64,000 bases of DNA from Bispira polyomma (GCA_965649765.1 OZ287755.1:6386001-6450000), one strand, 5' to 3'. Counted from the stretch's first letter, positions 12,464 to 24,201 are shown. Notes: generated by a model from the sequence alone, not told the origin. Translations and numbers: made by a program.

Positions 12464-15038
12464 AAATAGTAAATGTTCTAAAATCACTGTGAAAAGTGTA
12501 AAAACGAGCAATGAAAATGGACCAAATCACAGAAGTAAAAGTGTACATAATAAGGCTTATACTAGAACCAGAGTGATGCAAAATAGTGTATGTGTACATA
12601 ATGTCAGTGACAATTGGAAAGCAGACTGGGCAAGGTTTCAAGGCAAAACATATGCCCAAATACTTTCAAATGGTTTCAGCAAAATCACAGGTACTTTGGA
12701 AGGGAAAAATAAGCAAAGGGTGTGCAATACTTCCAATTGTCACTTAACATGTTCAAATGTCGAAAAGCCACAGTCCAGTGGTTCTTGTTTAAAGGGTCAT
12801 AAAAGTTGTATTTACAATGTACCTAAGCCACAAGTATATGGGTCTAGGAAAGAAACCAATAATGTTTTTTCAGTGCAACACACCGACACACAAGTACAAG
12901 GTGTAAAAAAATCCCCCAACACAATGGTGAGTCCTATTGTGAAACAAAGTCGCACCTCCCTCCAAGAACAATGGCAAAGTGTGAAATCCAAAATTGGGAG
13001 CAACAATGTGGGGACTTTTCATAACAGATTTCTTCCATTGTCGTTGGTAAATGAGGGGGATGGGGACACACTTGGTGACACTGAACACAATGAAACCTTA
13101 AGTGCGGTTCACACTAATGCGACAGGTTCAAAAAGGAAAACCTTAAGTGTGACTCACACTAGGGCAAACAACCACTGTCGGCAGGGTAGTAACACAAACC
13201 CGGGCTTAAGTAGTGTAATTCAAAACTCAGACAAGTATGACTTACAACTGCATGCCAGACCTAAGACTAAAGAACTCCTGAAGTTAGCCTGTACCAATAA
13301 ATGTTTTCAAAATTGGGATACCCAAACACAAGACAAGTTTGGCTTTATTCCTTTGGGAGACCTCACAATTCCTGTATTTGATGCAAGAAATAAATCAACA
13401 GCTCCTTTGTTTGACATACATGAACAGATCAAAAATTCAAATCTTCCAAACTTTAGGGGGGAACAAATTCAAGTAACATCTCAGCTTAATGCTGACAGAT
13501 GGGACTTCTACCTCCAGGGTTACTGGGATAAGCAGTTGCCTTACCTCATCAGATATGGGTTCCCATTTGACTTCGACAACAATAAACAATTATCACATAA
13601 AGAAGAAAATCATAAGTCAGCAACTGATTTCCCAGATGATATCAGGGCTTATCTAGATGAAGAAGTTAAATTTGGGGCCATGTTGGGTCCATACTCAGCA
13701 CCACCATGTAGAGACTTACACATATCACCGTTTATGACCAGAGAAAAGCCTGGGGCAGTCCACAGAAGGGTAATAATAGACCTCAGTTTCCCACAGGGTA
13801 GTTCGGTCAATTCAGGGGTAGCCAAAGATGAGTATTTGAGTACTCCTTTTGTGCTAACCCTACCTACAATAGATACCATTACTCAAAAAGTGCGTCAATT
13901 GGGACGGGGTTCGCTTCTATATAAGACAGATATTAGTAGGGTCTTTCGTCACGTCAAAATGGACCCTGCGGACTACAACCTTATGGGTCTCAAACATGAA
14001 CAGTACTTCGTTGATACTTGTCTCCCATTCGGATTTCGGCACGGAAGTGCCATATTCCAGCGCCTAAGTGACGCTGTACGCTTTATCATGCAACGTCATG
14101 ATTGTGACGTCACTAACTACATAGACGACATTATAGGCTATGGCGTTCCCTCTAAAATACAGTACTCTTTTGATTTGTTACATCATTTACTCCATGACCT
14201 AGGTTTTGACATAAGTGAAAAGAAAATTGTGCGTCCAAGTACACAGGTAGTCTGCTTAGGGGTGCTTATAAACACACTAGATTTCACAGTATCAGTTCCT
14301 CAGGAAAAACTACAAGAAATCATGGGGTTATGTCAATCCTGGCAAGGCAAGCGTACATGTAAAAAGCGTGACCTACAGTCATTACTAGGCAAATTACTAT
14401 ACATCTCAAAGTGTGTCAAAGTTTCAAGGTTATTTCTCAACAGAATGTTAGAGGTACTAAGGTCAGCTTATAGTGCACATGTAATAAACCTAGAAGTAGA
14501 ATTCTGTCAGGATCTTAACTGGTTCTGTACATTTTTACCCACCTTTAATGGCAAAGCTTTCTTTGACCATCGCCCAATCACTGATTGCATAGAACTAGAT
14601 GCCTGTCTTGAGGGCCTAGGGGGCCGCTGTAATGGCCAGGTATACAAAAAGCAAATTCCCAGAGGCTACAATAGTTACCACATAACTCACCTTGAAATGC
14701 TCAATATACTTGTCGCAGTTAGGCTATGGAAAGACCAATGGAGAGGCAAACGGTTATTAGTACATTGTGATAATGAGGCTGTGGTTACAATACTTAACTC
14801 AGGTAGAACTCAAGACCGTACCTTGGCGGCCATAGCCAGAAATATCCATATGGAAACAGCAATGGCTGACATTAGCTTTAGCACAAGTCATATTTTAGGA
14901 AAAAATAACGTTGTGGCTGACCTATTATCTAGGTGGCATTTGTATTCAGACAGCCAGAGTAGGCTAGCTAAGCTCATAGTTGAACCGGAATGGGTAGAGG
15001 TAAAAGATAATACATTAAACATAGACTGGTCTATTTGA
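12459..15038 (+). CDS. pol: Reverse transcriptase / RNase H (Pol) of element A; no ATG at the ORF start, -1 frame to gag
   Basis: RRVIIDLSFP, KTDISRVFRH, LPFGFRHG and YIDD (RT); LDAC, HLEMLN, HCDNEAVV and NVVADLLSR (RNase H). Confidence 0.95.
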   Translation: MPNSKCSKITVKSVKTSNENGPNHRSKSVHNKAYTRTRVMQNSVCVHNVSDNWKADWARFQGKTYAQILSNGFSKITGTLEGKNKQRVCNTSNCHLTCSNVEKPQSSGSCLKGHKSCIYNVPKPQVYGSRKETNNVFSVQHTDTQVQGVKKSPNTMVSPIVKQSRTSLQEQWQSVKSKIGSNNVGTFHNRFLPLSLVNEGDGDTLGDTEHNETLSAVHTNATGSKRKTLSVTHTRANNHCRQGSNTNPGLSSVIQNSDKYDLQLHARPKTKELLKLACTNKCFQNWDTQTQDKFGFIPLGDLTIPVFDARNKSTAPLFDIHEQIKNSNLPNFRGEQIQVTSQLNADRWDFYLQGYWDKQLPYLIRYGFPFDFDNNKQLSHKEENHKSATDFPDDIRAYLDEEVKFGAMLGPYSAPPCRDLHISPFMTREKPGAVHRRVIIDLSFPQGSSVNSGVAKDEYLSTPFVLTLPTIDTITQKVRQLGRGSLLYKTDISRVFRHVKMDPADYNLMGLKHEQYFVDTCLPFGFRHGSAIFQRLSDAVRFIMQRHDCDVTNYIDDIIGYGVPSKIQYSFDLLHHLLHDLGFDISEKKIVRPSTQVVCLGVLINTLDFTVSVPQEKLQEIMGLCQSWQGKRTCKKRDLQSLLGKLLYISKCVKVSRLFLNRMLEVLRSAYSAHVINLEVEFCQDLNWFCTFLPTFNGKAFFDHRPITDCIELDACLEGLGGRCNGQVYKKQIPRGYNSYHITHLEMLNILVAVRLWKDQWRGKRLLVHCDNEAVVTILNSGRTQDRTLAAIARNIHMETAMADISFSTSHILGKNNVVADLLSRWHLYSDSQSRLAKLIVEPEWVEVKDNTLNIDWSI

Positions 15039-16021
15039 TTGTAGGTCTCCCTCCACAACTAGCATCTGTGGCAGCCAAGGCTGCCTCCAGGGCCCACCAA
15101 GCTTTTAGACCCTCCACACAAAAGGCTTACACACATATGTTTAGAGTTTTCCTTGCTTTCACCTGCTTCACAAAGGTTAGATTACAAAATATTACTCCCT
15201 TATTCATACTGGCATTCTTGGAAGTGCTTGTTACAAGTAATGTCTCAAACTCATCTATAGCCAACTATCTTTCAGCAATAAAAGCAAAAATGGTATTATT
15301 TGGGCTGGACACCTCTTGCTTCGCTGACCACCGTATTAAATATTACCAAAAAGCAATAGTGCTCAATAAACCATTTAGGGCAAAGCTAAAAAACATCATT
15401 GATATTCCACTGCTCACAGACATAATCCTCACATGTGACTCAATGTACATGGGCCAGATATTCAAGGCCCTATATTTGGTAGCATTTTATTCTTTTCTTA
15501 GAATTTCCAACCTTGTTCCACATAGTGTGGCTTCCTATTCCCCCCTTCAACAGCTTGCCAGGGGTGACATCTTGTTTGCACCTCCTGGCATGCACATTAT
15601 CATTAAATGGACTAAAACTCTTCAATCCAAAGACACAATCAGAACTTTTAAGTTACCTCACCTTGGCCTATCTCCCCTGTGTCCCGTAAGGGCTGTAAAA
15701 AACTTGCTTGCCATCACTCCTGGTACCAATAATTCACCATTGTTTCAGTTTAAGTTAAATCTAAAATGGATCCCACTTACAGACTCAAGAGTTAGGACCA
15801 ATCTGCACACCATTCTTACTCGTCTACATTGTCAAACCTCAAACATAACCTTTCACTCCTTCCGGCGTTCAGGTGCCACTTATGCATTCAATCATAATGT
15901 ACCCATTCAGGACATCCAGGCTCATGGCACCTGGACGTCGGACTGTGTGTGGAGGTATATTAATCAGGATCATAACACCACTGACCAGGTAGCGCTGGCC
16001 TTCAAATCAGCCCTTTCGTAG
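15035..16021 (+). CDS. Tyrosine recombinase of element A (TTG-called start; probably entered by splicing at 15045)
   Basis: Catalytic R (FLRISN), K (KWTKT), HxxR (HSFRRSGA), W (GTWTS) and Y (VWRY). Confidence 0.95.
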   Translation: MIVGLPPQLASVAAKAASRAHQAFRPSTQKAYTHMFRVFLAFTCFTKVRLQNITPLFILAFLEVLVTSNVSNSSIANYLSAIKAKMVLFGLDTSCFADHRIKYYQKAIVLNKPFRAKLKNIIDIPLLTDIILTCDSMYMGQIFKALYLVAFYSFLRISNLVPHSVASYSPLQQLARGDILFAPPGMHIIIKWTKTLQSKDTIRTFKLPHLGLSPLCPVRAVKNLLAITPGTNNSPLFQFKLNLKWIPLTDSRVRTNLHTILTRLHCQTSNITFHSFRRSGATYAFNHNVPIQDIQAHGTWTSDCVWRYINQDHNTTDQVALAFKSALS

Positions 16022-16608
16022 TTTTCTACTCACTAGTTGGGGTTTGGGGTTTCCTATAACAAACTTTCACATGTTGCATACTACAAATATTACATGTCTA
16101 TATTTAGGGCCACCTTATATTTATATATTATATTTATTTTACTATTTTACTTATATTGTATACTTAAATATACCTTCCATTTTACTTTAAGTTTACTTAA
16201 ATTAAAAAACTTTTAACTTTCTTACAGTTTACTTCAGTTAAGGTCACCATACGTGACCCCAAAAATTTAACTCAATCTGGGTTAACTTCAAGTTAAGGTC
16301 AACCTAAATGACCAAACCTTGTGGTTACATCAATTTAAGGGCAACTTAATTAACCACAATCTCAACTTAAATTAACTTTATCTTGGTTAAAGGTCACCAT
16401 AAAGTGACACCAAACCTAATTTCAAAATTCATAAAAAATTTATGTTAAGGTCACCTTAAGTGGCCCACACTTAAACTCTTTTAAGGTGGCCCTACCCAGT
16501 ATGTACATATATGTAGAATTATTAACATAGAATTAAAACATTAATATTTCCCAATTGGGTTTCTTTTATTTCTTGTCTTATCTCCAAACACTCACATAGA
16601 GGCACTGT

Positions 16609-18080
16609 GGTCACATTATTTTAACTACTTTGAGTAGCTACTTCCGGTTTTATATGTCCAGACAACAGAACTGGTAAGGGTTATAGTCCATTATATGACT
16701 TTATAAAATGTGAACAACTACCAGCTGGTCCTATGTCTTTCTTACAGACAATCGAAAAAGGTGGCATTAACTAACTTACAAACTAATGTTACAAATATTA
16801 AATTGGCAAACTAATGTGACAAAAAAATGACAATGTGGAGGAAATGGGTGACATCACACCCAAAGGAGTATATGACAATTATAAGAAAGACATTGAATGT
16901 TCCACAATATACTAATGTAATTACACCAATTACATTACAAAAAATATTGACAACATAGAAGAATCGAATGAAGCCACTGGGAAAGTAAGCAACAGAAATA
17001 ACCTAAATGATGATATATCTGTTACTAATACTATTATTATTAGAAATGTGAATGTTAATAATAATGGAATCTCAGCGTCATCCAGCTTCTATGACCACTT
17101 TTCAAAAATAATTATTAGAAAAAATTCTAGCAATAGCAAAAACGTCTCAGACATCAACTTACACAGTAAGGATAAGGGAGCTTCTAACTTTAAAGAGGCG
17201 CGTACCCCCTGAATTATGGCTTAAATATAAAAAGCTGGGGAAAACTTCGACGAGTTATTTGAAATTCGGATTTCCGCCATTACTCACTGATTAGAATGAA
17301 CTCAAAATAAAAGAAGCTACCAACCATCATTCTGCCCTTCAACAAAAAGTAGCAGTTGGAGAAAATCTTCTGTTAACGTCAATGTCAACAAACAGAGGTT
17401 TAATGGAGGCAAATTTGTATTTAAATTCCCCACGATCTGTGATATTGTGACTCAAATACATGCTACACCAAAAGCCAGAATATTAAAACACAGCATAGCC
17501 AGAGTTTTTAAGAAATTTACCTGTTGATACCTGTGACGCACTCAATTTATGCATGAAAGTTCATAATAAACAGTGGAAATCTAGAACAAAACCAAAGTCA
17601 ATTCTCGGAAAACTTTTAAAGGGTTTTCATTAACAGACTACCGATGGCATTTCAAGGTAACGCTCAAGCAAAATGATTTAAAATTACCAGAGACATAAAA
17701 GCAGATCTAGCATGGTTTGTAAAAAATTTAAAAACCTACAATGGTGTCCCATACATTTCACCAACAGTAGACACTAACAATAATTTGCTTTATATACATG
17801 CTTAACAGGTTTGGGGGCACAATCTAAAGTAAATCTAAACTAAAATCAAGTAAATGCTACAATGTATATAAATGACACATACCCACTGTTCATATCGAAA
17901 TGCTTAACATTCGTATAGCATTAAATTTGTAGGAGAGGCAGTAAGCTCATCATAAAAAACAATTTGTGGCAACATTGCAATAGTGCTCTAACAAAACTAA
18001 GGATGATTTTCTGGCCTTATGCCTTAGAAATGTATTGTGATTATCAACAACATACGATATTAATTTAGAGATTGAATATA
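16609..18080 (+). mobile_element. 3' part (RT/RNase H relic) of decayed DIRS-order element E1
   Basis: Broken frames give NHHSALQ, SSVNVNVNKQRFNGGKFVFKFPTICDIV, RNLPVDTCDALNL, HIEMLNI and [13 protein letters not shown], all matching element D Pol. Confidence 0.75.
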
Positions 18081-18099
18081 TTAGTATTTTACAAATGTG

Positions 18100-21000
18100 T
18101 ATGCGGTACACCCAGAGGACATTTCAAAGTAATGGTAACCAACAGTGGGGAAAGTATGCCAGTCACAATAGTTATGGTAACCAAAACGAACAGCATGCTA
18201 GAAAAGAAGTTATCTGTGTCAAATACAATACAACACTTTCTGTTATTAGGCGGACCACATGGATAGCAGTGTCAATGCCAAACATGTTGCATGTTGTTAC
18301 TGTTTCAAAATTACAAAGAAACTCGCACAGGCAATATGAGTGTGAACATTTGAAAAAAGGGAGAAAAGAAAGACATGGCCAGTGTCTAAAAATGTTTGGC
18401 AAAAATAAAAAATAGACAATTTAGTGACAAAAAAAATCATTTCACTTTGTTAAATATAAATGATTTGAATCAGAAAGCGTGTCAGTTTAATGTAAGTTGT
18501 AATGCTAAACATTGTGATAAGCAATGTAATTCACATGTAAGTAATATATGTGTACATAATGGAACTGATATTAACATTGAAAAATGTGACTCACAATTGG
18601 GCCGTATCGCAAAAAATGGCTCTGACAACTCTCTAGGTCAGCAAAGCTATGACCAAACTCCACACTAAATAGTCTTCGCTTGAGAGTTTTATTGCCGTTT
18701 TCAAAGACATTGCTGATTACAGTACTAAGGTGTCAACCCAACAAATAGACATTTATATGGATAATTATGGGAACACTCTACTGGAACACTGCCATTTTCA
18801 AAGACATGGCTGATTACAGTACTGAGGTGTCAACCCAGCAAAAAGACATTTATATGGATAATTTTGGAAAACACTGTACTGAAACACTGTACTTGAACTG
18901 TGTAATTAGGACAAATGCAGACATTTTAGTGTTAAAACTTTTAATCTTACCACAGTTTATGACAACAGTTTTGAATTGGCAATACCGAATCACAGTAATA
19001 AAGTCGCACAACAAGTCACAAATAAAGTATCACAAAATAAGCCTAGTGTACAGCTGTTCGTCTGGAAATAACAAATACACTCTCACATGTACTAACGAGT
19101 TAACGGGTTCACTTACTGGTTAAGTGGGTATGCAATTTAACGAGCATCAGCCCAAGACTGTTAGCTGGGGGGAGGGGGGGAGTCTTCCTCCCAGGTACTG
19201 GCACATACCAGCAGGGGTACTCTTGCCTCTTCGCTCAAGTAGCAAAAAATAGACAATAATTACAATACTGAACTAAGTACATATCAGCATGTAAACCATG
19301 AGTTACTCATTCAAAGTTTTGTTGACAATGAATTCTTAAAGACTGAATAAAACCACAGTCTATTTTCAGACACTTGTCACTTGAGACTAGAACTCACGTA
19401 CCAGCTCATTAATTACAACAATGTGTCAGGAAAGCATATCAAATAGCTGTAGAAACTGGGGTATCGAATTATATAGCTACTAGATTGGTGGTTCCTTTAG
19501 ACATAACAATTTTGGAAAAAATTTGGAAAACCCTTTTAAAAAATCACTCAGATAATATTCTGGTTCAGTACTTGGAATTTGCATCAACGACATAGTCACT
19601 AAGCTAATGATGGTAATGATATGATTTGGTATAAGGCACACAGGAGTAGTGTTTGGTCCAAAAATTGGTTGTGCTCTGTGTCAACAGACATAGTATGTGA
19701 CGTCATGATGTCAATTGATGACATCATTAGACTGCAGTCTTTACGCGACGCACGTCAAGCATTGTCCACTTGAACTAAATTATTCAATTAGCTTGGTTTA
19801 CTAATTAATCCAGACAAACTGGATCCCCAGCTAAGCAATTGGGTGCATGGTCATACACTTTGATATCACCAAGGAAATCATTCCTGCATATAAGTTGGAG
19901 GAAATCTGGCAAATTTGCAAAGATTGGCTTACTAAAACTCATGCCACACATAAACAGCTTTAAAGTTCAATAGACAGGCTTATGTACGTGCACAAATGCA
20001 TGCAACCAGCTAAACTGTTCGTTGTACGTTGACACATCGCTCACTGGAGTAGGAGCGATTTGGGGACAAAATGTATATGCCTCCACTTATCTGTTGTATA
20101 AAGTGCAAGGTTTGACCATTGTCTATCTGGAGATCTCAACATTGTAATTGCTTTTAAAATTTGTGTTAAATTTTTCCAGCATATCAAAAGCAAATGTTGT
20201 GCGATAACCTTGTTGTTGTGCATTCACTCAATTAAGGCAATATGCAGGATGTTTATCGGATGGCATGTGCTAGAATGTTATGGGCGATTACTGCCAAATT
20301 TGTTATCTCAGTTCAATATGACCACATATATAGTGCAGAAAATAAGCAAGCCGACAGCTTATCGCATTGGTTCTCATCCAAAGCAGATGTTCAAATTCTG
20401 GCTAAACTAGTCCAATATGATTAGTGGTCTATCAACGATGAACTATCAAACCCGATTTTACCATTTAGTTTTTATTTTATAGGGAATGTGTTATTGAATA
20501 AAGCTGCTCACACAATAAACACAGCACTTGGACCCAATATCTGCAAATTTATTTTTATATTGCTTTTTGCATACACTTTAGGGTGTCAATACACGATATT
20601 AACTCTGTCTCAATGTTTTTTGGAATTCCTGGTTACACATGGCAACGCTATAGCTTCACTCTGAAATTACATTTCAGTTTTAAAACATTTCATCAGATTT
20701 ATGACTTACATTGGACTCACCTGTCACACAGAAAGATTGCTCTGCTTGTGAAATCTGTCCCAATAATGTCCCTTACAAACCAAGATTGACAAAAATTTGC
20801 TACAAATTTCCAAAGCATGTGATAACATACTGCATGCAACTCTATCCATGCATTTGATATAACCAGGCATTGTACAGTTGAGAATATCATATTTGCACAT
20901 CCTGGGGCACATATTTCCTCAATTTACTGTACTAAATATTAGATGTGTTTGACTCCTTTGGCTCACCAGAGGGAAGCTGTTTCTAGCAAACCCCACAAAC

Positions 21001-21120
21001 CTTTAAAGAAACAGGTCTCTCAATGTTGCGGGCACTTTACAAGTTATGTTGGGCTTGATTTCAAGTTAATGTTTTTCATATTTGTCCCCGGTTTCTTTTG
21101 GCAATGTGGTTTTTAACAAA
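18100..21120 (+). mobile_element. Decayed DIRS-order element E2 (gag, RT/RH and YR relics)
   Basis: Fragments DVMMSIDDII, GLLINPDKL, LMYVHKCMQP, NKQADSLS and DFTI-stop, then GNVLLNKAAHTINTALGP (YR N-terminus). Many stops and frameshifts; boundaries approximate. Confidence 0.7.
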
Positions 21121-21393
21121 CTAGAAAGGAATGCCACTCTTTTATAATAAATTACTTGAGTTAAGGAAAGTCAACTTTCATATGGGGAAGGTTGAGAAGA
21201 CATATTAACATAGGATCAGACAAAACATGTATCATTTGGGGAATTTATTAATATCTTCTAAAGTTGCACTTCACCACCAGCTAACTCATGTTTGGTCCAA
21301 AAAAACTAAAAGCATTTGCACATGATATTATATATGCATTATATAAGGAGATTTATACAAGGTAATTTCTAATTTTAGTACAGTCACTTTAAT

Positions 21394-24201
21394 TTATACA
21401 CATATTCCTAAATGATCATACTCCTTACATGTGGCATACACACATTATGTACAGTATATGAATAACCAAAGAGTTCCATGTCATTCTTGTACATTTTCTC
21501 AACTTTTGATAACCAGTACTTTTGGTTCGTTAAGTTTGAAAACAAAGGCAAATATCGACCTCGCTTGCCATTGTCACCTTTTGTTCTCATGTTATTGAGA
21601 TTTAACACAGTTCCATGTCCACCCAGCTTTGTTTGAATTACATGCTTTAGATCTTGATTGAGGGACTCTGTCTTTGCAATGTACCTATACAATTGAAAAA
21701 CAAATCAATATCATTCAGAATAGAGCTATTAGTACATTCCTTGGTGTCTCTAATTATAATGCAAATTTGTTAACAAATGGGTACATGTGATAGGATTTTT
21801 GTGTGGAAACTATCTCACTTTCAAATGGACACGAGAGTTTGTAACAGGTGTTTAATTGGAAATGTGAAATTAGGTTTAGAATTTAGTGTAGTAAGGTCAA
21901 ACATTTTAACAAAGTGTCATTTTAAGCCAAGTCACTTTGTGAAATCAGTATAATTTCTAATAATTAATGAAAATATGTAAAGGACATTTTTTGCAAGCAA
22001 GCATTGCGCTTCACAATCATTGGTCTCTCACCTCTGGGATCAGCTGGCGTGGGTTTGACTCCCGTCGATACCTATGTGGGAAAGGTGGTAGTTTCGTACT
22101 GTGGGCCGCTGCTTTTAGTGCAGAACTTTAATCAACTGGATGCAGTGTTTCCTCCAGCGTTTGCAACTACCCATCCCAATATAACCTAAACAGGTACTAG
22201 AGTGGACGTTAAATATCCCAATTCAAAATTCACCCAACTTCAACATTGTCATGATTTCTTTGAAGTAAGTAATAAGCCATGCTGACTGTGTGTTCTTGTT
22301 TGATTTTTGACAAACCTGTATCCAGCCAATTATTTGTATGATATACACTTAAAAGAAAATATTGCTACTTACTACGTTAAATATTTAAGAAAACATTGTT
22401 AACATATCTTTTTAATTTTGTCCATCTCTCTTACCTGTAGGGTATGGAACAAGGGAATGCCTGGCCATATATACTACTCCAGTGGTCATTGGGTGTGACA
22501 CATGCATGTTGCAGGAACTCAGCAAACATGATATGTCTTCCATCTTTAGCAAGGTGTTGCACTGCTTCATGACTGATATTTCTCTTCTGAAGAATTTTCT
22601 ACCGGATAATATGAAGGTTTGTTACAATCACCTTGTTGACATAGGCTGATTCTAGTCTGTCAAACGGATTTCTGACTGTTAAAACAGTAAAATATGTCTT
22701 CAGTGATAACAGCAGTGTGGACTTATTTAAGGTGTTCCCAACTCTGGTTTTGCTGTTGTTTAGTGTATAGAACACTTTGAATAAGCCAGGATGTTTTTCA
22801 CCATCGTTTACCTTTTTGACCTTGTCACAGTCTGATCCACAACTGTTCTTTAGAAGAGCCGTCTCCAAGATGTACACCCAGTTTTATGTATGGTGAACAA
22901 TGTAAACTTGTATGCTTCATTCACCAAAATCTTACGACTTATAGCTGACAAGTTTGTGCCAGAATATTTTTGTGACAGTTTTGTGACGTCAAATCCCAAG
23001 TTTTCACAGGCTCTATGTAAGACCCTAAGTCTTTTGGTGCTAACATTTCTGTCAATGTCTTCTATCTTTCTAACTTTGGTCAATGGTTCTAATAAATATA
23101 TATATATATATATATATATATGCAACTTATTTTTGTAAATTACCATCAGGAATGACTTTCATGATTGCATTCTTTCTAATCTGCAAAGGTACATTGACGT
23201 ATTCAATTGGTGGACAAGTAAAATATAATTCATCAGTTTTAATCAACATTATTTATATGCAATATTTGTAGCTATAAAATTAAAAGTAAAAATAAAAGTA
23301 GAAATAAATAAATCTTAATAAACGAATTTAGGTTTTACATAGTCATTATTTTTAAATTTATGTTTAGAAACAAATTGGCTACAGTTCTACTGCATTTTGC
23401 AAAAACTTCTGTTGTTGCCAAATTCGCATATATATTCGAATAAATTGCCTATTAAATCACAAGAACATATATCTAATGCGACTTCTAAAATTGTTTTTTA
23501 AAGAACTGAATTTTGTCCAATTTGTATTTCGATGGCTAGGGCAGGCAATAGACACACGATTAGCATTTTAGGAATAAATAGAAATATAAAACTTTGAATG
23601 ACGTTAGATATTCATTGTTTAATTATAGTTTGAATTGTGTAGCTTGCATGGTATTTTTAGGATTAAATATAAATAAAAAATTTTGAATAAAGATGGATAT
23701 TCGTTGTTTATTTATGGTTTGAATTGTGTATAGTATAAACCAGTATGGTAACATTGCAACTTGTTTTTCCACCACCAGATGCAAAAGTTATATCTTTGGT
23801 AGTTTTTAAATGATATTCCAAAGTGATTAATAGTGTGACACAATATATATGCAGTGTATAATCACATCGGTACTGTATATAAAATGAGCTGTTTTATTAC
23901 AATATATAGGATAATATACACATAAAATGTTTAATGTAATAATACAATATAATAATATACAAACCAATCTTTAAAATTCTGGTTCGACTTGAAGGGTAAT
24001 CTTACCTATTGGAAAATTCAGAATAACTGTGGGCTAATATTTGCAAGCATGAATTATTAATATATATTGCAACACTTATAATTAATGTCTCTTTTACTGA
24101 TACTTACCTGTTTTATTATTCCAGGCTATAAGTATTATAATGAAACTAAGGAGTATTGATAATACACAAACTGTTTTAGCTGGTTTCTCGACAGTAGCCA
24201 T
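21394..24201 (-). pseudogene. Pseudogenised duplicate of the carbohydrate sulfotransferase; exons 24201-24108, 23088-22435, 21684-21394
   Basis: Co-linear with copy 1, with a 1-bp deletion at 22860/1 (after TGCTSWR), CAG>TAG at 22599-22601 and a 4-bp deletion near 21444. Confidence 0.85.
21994..22231 (+). mobile_element. tRNA-derived SINE (family 1), 5'-truncated; same insertion as 5975-6237, duplicated with the gene
   Basis: Same body and same 3' flank as the 5975 copy. Confidence 0.85.

Larger units (their letters stand above)
10932..16608 (+). mobile_element. Intact tyrosine-recombinase retrotransposon (DIRS order, Ngaro/PAT-like), element A
   Basis: gag - RT/RNase H - YR gene order with no methyltransferase domain. 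Ends GCTAGGTAGC...GAGGCACTGT defined by alignment with element C (1-nt ambiguity). Confidence 0.93.

Noticed and set aside
15035-16021. Phage integrase or bacterial contamination
   Set aside because: The YR lies downstream of gag and RT/RNase H in DIRS order, within intron- and SINE-containing DNA.
16235-16470. Repeat-spacer array next to a recombinase as a CRISPR-like system
   Set aside because: The repeats are short and degenerate, and the intervening sequences are homologous between copies A and C, so they are inherited rather than acquired. Kept as a structured UTR finding.
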